Below are positions 27,569-32,928 of a stretch of DNA of 64,000 nucleotides, piece after piece. The stretch lies in IMG/VR virus record IMGVR_UViG_3300005289_000016, positions 62,001 through 126,000 of that record, one strand, 5' to 3'. The notes under the pieces were generated by a model, which was not told the origin of the DNA, searched no databases, and saw only the letters and a program-made list of their open reading frames with translations. The position numbers and the translations under genes are program-made. Numbering within the stretch: position 1 is the first letter of the stretch; the number at the start of each line of letters is the position of its first letter.

Positions 27569-27683
27569 GAAACACCGGTGGTGGCACATCGCCGGTACTT
27601 TTAGGGGGTCTGTAGAAGGCCTATTCTAGCCTGCTCCGAGACTAGCGTACCCGTCCGCAACATGGCTCGGCTATGAGACCCCC
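27569..27683 (+). ncRNA. Candidate structured leader or small RNA
   Basis: TATG at 27566; ACCGGTG/CGCCGGT hairpin; GGGGGTCT/AGACCCCC stem enclosing TAGAA/TTCTA and CCGAG/CTCGG stems. Confidence 0.45.
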
Positions 27684-27714
27684 GCCTATTTCAATAACCG
27701 GTAAGGAACTACCG

Positions 27715-28578
27715 ATGCAACTGAATTCTTTCTACACTGGCAGCAAAGTGGTTGGCGCTATCCCAATGTCTCACGACGATTTCTGTCGTTACGTTGGCCG
27801 TGATATCGACCCAGAAGCACTGGACCTCACTGGTTATCTGGTGGAGTACCTGGACGGCGGCAAAGCCAACCACCCGGGCCACGTTGGTTACATCAGCTGG
27901 TCTCCTTCCGAAGTGTTCGAGAAGAACTACATCAGCATCGGTGACATTACCGGCCTAGCGCCGTTCATCATCCGCTTGAAGGCTGAGCGGGCTGAGAACT
28001 ACGACCGCCTCCAGAAGCTGCGTAGCTTCCTGGACATCCAGGACGAGAAGACTCGTGACGAACCTCGTACTGACGAGCGTCAAGCGTTCCTCGACAAGAT
28101 CCCGACCCTGGACATCCAGCATCTGGCCCTGCAACAAGAGCAACTGCGCCTGATGCAAGGTCTGGAAGAAGTTCTGACCCAGCGCTTGGAATTACTGGTA
28201 CCAGAAGCCCGTGTCGAGCACAAAGCCTCGATCCGTTTCTCGGTAGCCAACGGCACTCGCTTCGACATCATGCCACGCGTCTTCAAAGCGCTGGAAGGTC
28301 AGATCGACGCCTGCTGCTACACCGGCACCATCTACAACATCCCGGTCAACTCCATCAAGGTCTTCGGCCAGAATGGCGATCAACTCGATGACGCTACTGT
28401 GCGTGTTGAGAAGATGGTTCGTGGTTTCGGCATCTCTGGCGACATCGGTGAAGAACTGTTGTTCGACATCGGCATGGACGTCCAGCGCGGCATCACTCAC
28501 GTGACCAGCTCGTTCTCGGAAGACTTCCAGATCGAGATCGAAGTACAACTGGCCGACATCAATCGTCGTCTGGTGTAA
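27715..28578 (+). CDS. Phage protein with N-terminal YLVEYLDGGKANHPGHVGYISWSP domain and coiled coil
   Basis: AAGGA RBS before ATG 27715; the N-terminal motif is common in uncharacterised phage proteins. Confidence 0.7.
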   Translation: MQLNSFYTGSKVVGAIPMSHDDFCRYVGRDIDPEALDLTGYLVEYLDGGKANHPGHVGYISWSPSEVFEKNYISIGDITGLAPFIIRLKAERAENYDRLQKLRSFLDIQDEKTRDEPRTDERQAFLDKIPTLDIQHLALQQEQLRLMQGLEEVLTQRLELLVPEARVEHKASIRFSVANGTRFDIMPRVFKALEGQIDACCYTGTIYNIPVNSIKVFGQNGDQLDDATVRVEKMVRGFGISGDIGEELLFDIGMDVQRGITHVTSSFSEDFQIEIEVQLADINRRLV

Positions 28579-28592
28579 CACCCTCCTGCATA

Positions 28593-28615
28593 GCGCCGTG
28601 CTTAGTGCACGGCGT
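28593..28615. terminator. Hairpin flanked by CATA/TATG
   Basis: GCGCCGTGC-TTAGT-GCACGGCGT, then TTATGCCCC. Confidence 0.6.
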
Positions 28616-28685
28616 TTATGCCCCGTCTTTCAACTAAGTCCTTGTATTCGTGTAAAAAAATACACGATGGTTATAGTCTATGTGA

Positions 28686-28737
28686 AGTGCCCTTGTCCCT
28701 TGACTTTCGGTCGTAAGCGGAAAACGTCCTGGGCACT
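28686..28737 (+). ncRNA. Candidate three-way-junction RNA at the start of the non-coding island
   Basis: AGTGCCC/GGGCACT closing stem, GAC-TTTCG-GTC hairpin; TATG at 28679 just upstream. Confidence 0.45.
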
Positions 28738-28745
28738 GAAGCGTT

Positions 28746-28853
28746 TGAGAAAGGGCCTGGCCGCCTGCGGCCGTGATCCGTGCAGCCTTTGAGCAAGCAG
28801 AGGGATCGGCAGCCTTGTGCAGCCACTTGCCGCCGGCGCTGGGCCCTTTCTCA
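28746..28853 (+). ncRNA. Candidate 108-nt structured RNA with a long terminal stem
   Basis: Perfect 12-bp TGAGAAAGGGCC/GGCCCTTTCTCA, internal GGCCG/CGGCC and GATCC/GGATC stems, three GCAGCC copies. Confidence 0.55.
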
Positions 28854-28861
28854 TCCTATCC

Positions 28862-28950
28862 GGAGAGATTTCTGAGCGGTCAAAAGAATCAGACTGTAAA
28901 TCTGACGTGCGTAGCGCACTTCGTAGGTTCGAATCCTTCTCTCTCCACCA
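28862..28950 (+). tRNA. tRNA-Tyr(GUA)
   Basis: GGAGAGA/TCTCTCC acceptor, TCAGA-CTGTAAA-TCTGA anticodon arm, long variable arm, GGTTCGAATCC, encoded ACCA. Confidence 0.95.
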
Positions 28951-28957
28951 TTTCAAT

Positions 28958-29013
28958 GACGGTCGCAGCAATGCGAGGTTGACCCCGCACTGAATCAACA
29001 GTGCCTGTCGCCA
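28958..29013 (+). ncRNA. 56-nt tRNA-like mini RNA ending in GCCA
   Basis: GACGG/CTGTC terminal stem plus GCCA; TCGCA/TGCGA and GCACTG/CAGTGC hairpins; no T-loop consensus. Confidence 0.55.
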
Positions 29014-29015
29014 TA

Positions 29016-29092
29016 GGTTCTATAGCTCAGTTGGTTAGAGCACCGGCCTGTCACGCCGGGGGTCAGGGGTTCAAGTCCCCTTAGAGCCGCCA
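29016..29092 (+). tRNA. tRNA-Asp(GUC)
   Basis: GGTTCTA/TAGAGCC acceptor, CCGGC-CTGTCAC-GCCGG, GGTTCAAGTCC, GCCA. Confidence 0.95.
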
Positions 29093-29097
29093 CATTT

Positions 29098-29176
29098 AGG
29101 GGTGTAGCCAAGTCTGGCCTAAGGCAACAGGTTTTGATCCTGTCATTCTCTGGTTCGAATCCAGATGCCCCTTCCA
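29098..29176 (+). tRNA. tRNA-Gln(UUG)
   Basis: AGGGGTG/TGCCCCT acceptor, ACAGG-TTTTGAT-CCTGT, GGTTCGAATCC, TCCA. Confidence 0.93.
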
Positions 29177-29185
29177 TGTTGTATA

Positions 29186-29287
29186 GTTCACTGCCCATTG
29201 GCCGCATAGTCCCGCAAGCCCCTTCAAGGCGAAGCGAATGGGACTGGCAGCGCAGGGGTTCTGGGTACAGCCCAGCAGTGAACGCCA
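29186..29287 (+). ncRNA. 102-nt tRNA-like RNA with an 8-bp acceptor stem and GCCA end
   Basis: GTTCACTG/CAGTGAAC plus GCCA; CTGGG/CCCAG arm stacked on it; central arm AGTCCC/GGGACT ending in GCC-CCTTCAA-GGC. Confidence 0.6.
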
Positions 29288-29288
29288 T

Positions 29289-29364
29289 TCCGCGATAGCT
29301 CAGTTGGTAGAGCATACGGCTGTTAACCGTAGTGTCCCTGGTTCGAGTCCAGGTCGTGGAGCCA
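29289..29364 (+). tRNA. tRNA-Asn(GUU)
   Basis: TCCGCGA/TCGTGGA acceptor, TACGG-CTGTTAA-CCGTA, GGTTCGAGTCC, GCCA. Confidence 0.95.
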
Positions 29365-29367
29365 TAC

Positions 29368-29550
29368 GCGCTCGAAAGAGCCAAACAGTAAGGTTGGTTA
29401 AATTCCGACACGCTGACCGTGGGCAGTTGCGAAGGGAGTGCGGTTCGATCCCGCATGATAAGTCTCAGAGGCAATAACCTCTGAGTAACTCTGGTGAGAC
29501 AAATGGTCAGGCCGACCCGGCCTTTAAACGCACTGGCGTAATCCAGTCGA
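29368..29550 (+). ncRNA. Candidate multibranch ncRNA containing T-arm modules
   Basis: GCTC-GAAA-GAGC; GTTGG-TTAAATT-CCGAC; TGCGG-TTCGATC-CCGCA; CTCAGAGG/CCTCTGAG; long-range CTGACCGT/ATGGTCAG. Confidence 0.55.
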
Positions 29551-29563
29551 GGGGTGGAGATAT

Positions 29564-29674
29564 AGTCCTGTAGCTCAGTTGGTTAGAGCGCTGCCTTTTC
29601 AGGCCGGACCCTTCGGGGTCGTCGGCCTAACAGACACGGCGGAGGTCGGTAGTTCGAATCTACCTAGGACGACC
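29564..29674 (+). tRNA. Atypical tRNA (Glu-UUC-like) with a 35-nt insertion in the anticodon loop; functional status unknown
   Basis: Intact D arm TAGCTCAGTTGGTTAGAGC, anticodon stem CTGCC/GGCGG, AGGTC, T arm GGTAG-TTCGAAT-CTACC. The 42-nt loop holds a cUUCGg hairpin; 6-bp acceptor pairing; no CCA. Confidence 0.75.
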
Positions 29675-29680
29675 CTTTCA

Positions 29681-29735
29681 ATCAGCGGCATTCATGCGCG
29701 GCGCGCATGGTGTACTCGGACGAGGTCCCGCTGGT
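29681..29735 (+). ncRNA. Candidate small structured RNA
   Basis: ATCAGCGG/CCGCTGGT stem enclosing CATGCGC/GCGCATG and GGAC/GTCC hairpins. Confidence 0.4.
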
Positions 29736-29750
29736 TGGATTCAGTTAGAC

Positions 29751-29902
29751 GATGATATAGCTCAGTGGTAGAGCGGTGAGGGTAAAGACGAGACTCGGGT
29801 TCGATTCCCGGAGGACTGTGCTAGAACACAGGCCTTAGCTCAGTGGTAGAGCGCGGTCGTGCACCTTGCAGGCGTCGGTTTGATTCCGGCTATCGTCGCA
29901 CC
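29751..29902 (+). ncRNA. Twin, strand-swapped tRNA-like RNA with two D arms and two T arms
   Basis: Two identical TAGCTCAGTGGTAGAGCG D arms, two T arms, outer 7-bp GATGATA/TATCGTC acceptor, inner loop-capped AGGACTG/CAGGCCT acceptor. Confidence 0.7.
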
Positions 29903-29904
29903 TA

Positions 29905-30050
29905 CACGTCTCATGGGTGTGCACGCCCAGTGAGCTGACTCTACTCGAGGTCCGTCTGAGTAGATGTCAGAGTGTTACCTGATGGACTGCTGTACGATCT
30001 GGCTCATGCCAGCCGCAGCATGTGACTCGACCGAACAGTGGTCGACAAAG
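29905..30050 (+). ncRNA. Candidate multi-hairpin RNA at the end of the island
   Basis: CTCA-TGGGTG/CGCCCA-G-TGAG; CTGAC-TCTACTC/GAGTAGA-T-GTCAG; CTGGC/GCCAG; TCGACC/GGTCGA. Confidence 0.45.
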
Positions 30051-30141
30051 CCTCTAGCTTGCTCGCTTGTCTTTTAAGGCAGGCGGGCAGTTATGCCGTT
30101 TCACTATCGCTTGGGGAAGCGATCCAACTAGGGAGCGTTAC

Positions 30142-30525
30142 ATGCACTACTATCTGTTTCATCCATCGATCCACGGTGCGTACGATGATAGCCCTGAACT
30201 GCTGAAGTGGTTCATGGGCATCGGGAAGTCGTACAGCCATGCTTTAGAAGTGGGGGCTGCAAAGGTCAAGCAACTAGAGAACCATGAAAGCGACAGCGAC
30301 ATGATGGCGTTGGTCAATGGGTTCACTGTTACCCAGATCGACCAAGTCCATGCCCGCGTCGTCGAGAAGGTCATTGCGTTGTTTGGCCATGATCTACGGA
30401 CAGCAGAACCTAATGCGAAGGCTTCGCTGTCAATGATCACCCTGCTGCTTAACCGTGGCCGGTACGATGTGATCGATCAGATCATCGGCGGTACACCGAT
30501 ATCTGCCACAGAGTTCAGTGCATGA
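30142..30525 (+). CDS. Hypothetical protein
   Basis: GGGAG RBS before ATG 30142; ends at a hairpin. Confidence 0.65.
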   Translation: MHYYLFHPSIHGAYDDSPELLKWFMGIGKSYSHALEVGAAKVKQLENHESDSDMMALVNGFTVTQIDQVHARVVEKVIALFGHDLRTAEPNAKASLSMITLLLNRGRYDVIDQIIGGTPISATEFSA

Positions 30526-30528
30526 CTA

Positions 30529-30544
30529 GGAGGCTTCGGCCTCC
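30529..30544 (+). terminator. Hairpin followed by TATGCCG
   Basis: GGAGGC-TTCG-GCCTCC, TATG at 30548. Confidence 0.6.
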
Positions 30545-30588
30545 GCTTATGCCGCCACCATTATAATTAAACCATTGGGAAATACACC

Positions 30589-31029
30589 ATGCTCATGCGT
30601 AACTCGCAATACACCCGTGAAGAATGTAACGCCATCCGTTCGATGTTGCTGAATGACATCAACCGTAAGATCCAAGCCCAACTCAAATTGGACAAAGAGT
30701 TCCTCAAGCAGTTTGGGCGGGTCTATTACCTCGTGAAGATCCACAACCCTAACAAGGTAGAAGTCACTCTGTTGGCCGGTGAAGCACCTCTGAGTGTGGC
30801 ACGTAGCACGTTGCAGAATAAGCAGCTCTACGGTCAGAACTCTTACTTCGGTCGGGTCAACTGGGATGGCAAGCAGTGCCGCTTTGCACGCGAACTTAAA
30901 ATCAATGACGCGACCACGTACGCGTCTGAACGTAAGCTCCTGACGTTCTGGTTGAATGTTGGCATCGTTGCTAAGCGTCACTCGCCTGAGAACATCAAAG
31001 CTGCCTTCAAATACTACCGAGGAAAGTAA
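30589..31029 (+). CDS. Hypothetical protein
   Basis: 146-aa ORF with phage-like codon usage. Confidence 0.65.
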   Translation: MLMRNSQYTREECNAIRSMLLNDINRKIQAQLKLDKEFLKQFGRVYYLVKIHNPNKVEVTLLAGEAPLSVARSTLQNKQLYGQNSYFGRVNWDGKQCRFARELKINDATTYASERKLLTFWLNVGIVAKRHSPENIKAAFKYYRGK

Positions 31030-31030
31030 G

Positions 31031-31507
31031 ATGCAAAAGCCACAATACTACGTTGGTCTGGTCTACGGATACTTCGTGGGCTACTTCACGGGGGTACGTT
31101 CAGCTCAGAAGTTTCTGAAGCTCAATGAGCAGTACGGAGGCATCCAGCACATCCCTACACGCGATTTGGAGAAGCTTGGACGGTCAGCCGGTATGTTCGT
31201 CGGGCGTCAACGTCTCATGCTTGCAGCGATCGCTCTGCGCCATCTGACGGGCAAGTACGTCAACAACGAGTTGCCGCACACCATCAATGTAGTCGCTAAC
31301 TATCTGGACTTCAAAGACATCGGCGCTGCCAGTCAGTCCCGCATGGAGTCCATTGCCAAATCAACGAGTGTAGTGCATGCATTGGCCACCTACGCTTCAA
31401 CTTATGATGCGTTGGACATCCCTGAGTTGCACAAGGCGATGATGGCTCAGCAACACCTGCATCTGTGGCACATGTTTGAAGACAATGTGCTACTGCGTGT
31501 GAACTAA
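31031..31507 (+). CDS. Hypothetical protein
   Basis: GAGGA RBS before ATG 31031; ends at a palindromic terminator. Confidence 0.65.
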   Translation: MQKPQYYVGLVYGYFVGYFTGVRSAQKFLKLNEQYGGIQHIPTRDLEKLGRSAGMFVGRQRLMLAAIALRHLTGKYVNNELPHTINVVANYLDFKDIGAASQSRMESIAKSTSVVHALATYASTYDALDIPELHKAMMAQQHLHLWHMFEDNVLLRVN

Positions 31508-31512
31508 GGATC

Positions 31513-31539
31513 GAGGGGGTGCACCCCCTCTTTCTTTTT
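31513..31539 (+). terminator. Rho-independent terminator
   Basis: Palindrome GAGGGGGTGCACCCCCTC plus a T tract. Confidence 0.8.
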
Positions 31540-31544
31540 GTTGA

Positions 31545-31571
31545 TTCGAATATTTTTCAACAATACATGAT
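31545..31571 (+). promoter_or_regulatory. Putative phage early promoter TTCGA-N14-TACATGAT
   Basis: Variant of the recurrent motif with the same spacing. Confidence 0.6.
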
Positions 31572-31626
31572 TGCGGAGAGTAGGAAGAACAATCTACCTA
31601 CCGACCTAACCTTGTAAGGAGTCGCC

Positions 31627-32418
31627 ATGAAGACTAATCACGAGTTCTATGAAAACGGTGCTGGTTGCGTGATCGTGACCAATGAAGACGATCTGGAAAT
31701 CGACTACGGTCGTATCCGTACCTTCGAGACCGAGTCAGGTTTCAAGATCGTATCGGACATCACCAACTACGGTGATCTGGTTGAGACGTTCCGTCTCGAA
31801 TCCATGGCCATGGGCAAGTTCGACGGGTGTGCCAACTTCGATCTGCTCATCATTGTTGGCGATACTGTCACCAGCAATATCCGCATCTGGCCAACTGACA
31901 ATGCAGACGTCGATCGTCTGTGCCGTCTGCTGACCGTGGAGATGGGTGAGGTGGTCACCGTTGAATCGAAGTCCCGCATCCTGGCGGTCTACGATCGCAC
32001 CGAGCAGAAAGAGAAGGCTCACGGGCTCGATCACTTCTACCTCGACGTTGATCCGGCTGACATCGAAGCCACCACCTGGCCTCGCATGGAAATGACCTAC
32101 GACGAAGCTGTCAAGGTTCTTTCCGCTGCGACGCGTGATGAGCTGCGAGATCATGCGTTTGGTGATCGGGAAATCTACTGGACCAACAGCTACGAGCAAT
32201 CGGTGGCAACGGGCTACGTGGGCAGTGGTGGTTGTGAGATCGACTTCACTGGGTTTGACTTGACCCTCGAAGAAGATCAATATCGTGATCTCATCAACTT
32301 GGGCCAGATTGGGAACGTGGAACGTAACGACTCCACTGGGCCGGATGAGTTCGAAGAAGGTGCGTGCTTGCCAGGGCTTACTCTGGAAGGCGTCCGCAAG
32401 GAGTTAGAAGGCGAATAA
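31627..32418 (+). CDS. Acidic hypothetical protein
   Basis: AAGGAG RBS; 263 aa. Confidence 0.7.
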   Translation: MKTNHEFYENGAGCVIVTNEDDLEIDYGRIRTFETESGFKIVSDITNYGDLVETFRLESMAMGKFDGCANFDLLIIVGDTVTSNIRIWPTDNADVDRLCRLLTVEMGEVVTVESKSRILAVYDRTEQKEKAHGLDHFYLDVDPADIEATTWPRMEMTYDEAVKVLSAATRDELRDHAFGDREIYWTNSYEQSVATGYVGSGGCEIDFTGFDLTLEEDQYRDLINLGQIGNVERNDSTGPDEFEEGACLPGLTLEGVRKELEGE

Positions 32419-32497
32419 AAACTTGCCTTCGAATCGTTATGGGGATATACTCCCCAACAATAAGAAACAACACTAACCAGTACAAGGAAGATACACC

Positions 32498-32863
32498 ATG
32501 GCTCAACAAATGTCCGCTAAGCAACTGAACCAGAAGTTCATCGAACGTCTGAATCAATTGGCAGCCGCTAACATCATCGATGACACCGGCTGTGACACAA
32601 TGGGGCAATACTTCCACATCGAGTATTCGAAGGAAGATGGGGAAGTGCGTTTTGACCAGTATGGCCGTGTGGTCTGCCGGGCAAAACAAACTGACATGGG
32701 CTTTGGCAAGATCGAGATCCTCGATCCTGAGATTCATGTGATGGATCTTATCGAAGCTACCTGCGATGTCTTGAACGTAGGTCCGACCATGTTGGACATG
32801 TACGGCGTCAAGCAGCGTTGGTTCACCACCAAAGGAGCTGGGGCTCTCGGCCTCAGTTTCTAA
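32498..32863 (+). CDS. Hypothetical protein
   Basis: AAGGA RBS; ends before a terminator. Confidence 0.65.
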   Translation: MAQQMSAKQLNQKFIERLNQLAAANIIDDTGCDTMGQYFHIEYSKEDGEVRFDQYGRVVCRAKQTDMGFGKIEILDPEIHVMDLIEATCDVLNVGPTMLDMYGVKQRWFTTKGAGALGLSF

Positions 32864-32877
32864 GCAGCGTAAATAGG

Positions 32878-32907
32878 AGAGGGGCATTTGCCCCTCTCTT
32901 TTATTTT
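32878..32907 (+). terminator. Rho-independent terminator
   Basis: AGAGGGGCA/TGCCCCTCT plus a T tract. Confidence 0.75.
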
Positions 32908-32928
32908 CTAACCAAGGGATACATCACC

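Noticed and set aside
28746-28853. Call as SRP 4.5S or 6S RNA
   Set aside because: It lacks the SRP CAGG/GGAA/AGCA domain IV arrangement and is too short for a 6S central bubble.
29186-29287. Call as tRNA-Sec (CTTCAA, 8/5 stem, G73)
   Set aside because: There is no anticodon stem around TCA, no 6-bp D stem and no T-loop consensus. Kept only as a tRNA-like RNA.
28598-29477. Short ORFs across the tRNA island
   Set aside because: They overlap clear tRNA genes and lack RBS and phage codon bias.
29365-30060. tmRNA or a group I intron
   Set aside because: No GGGG...TCCACCA tRNA-Ala-like ends or tag ORF, and no recognisable P7 core.
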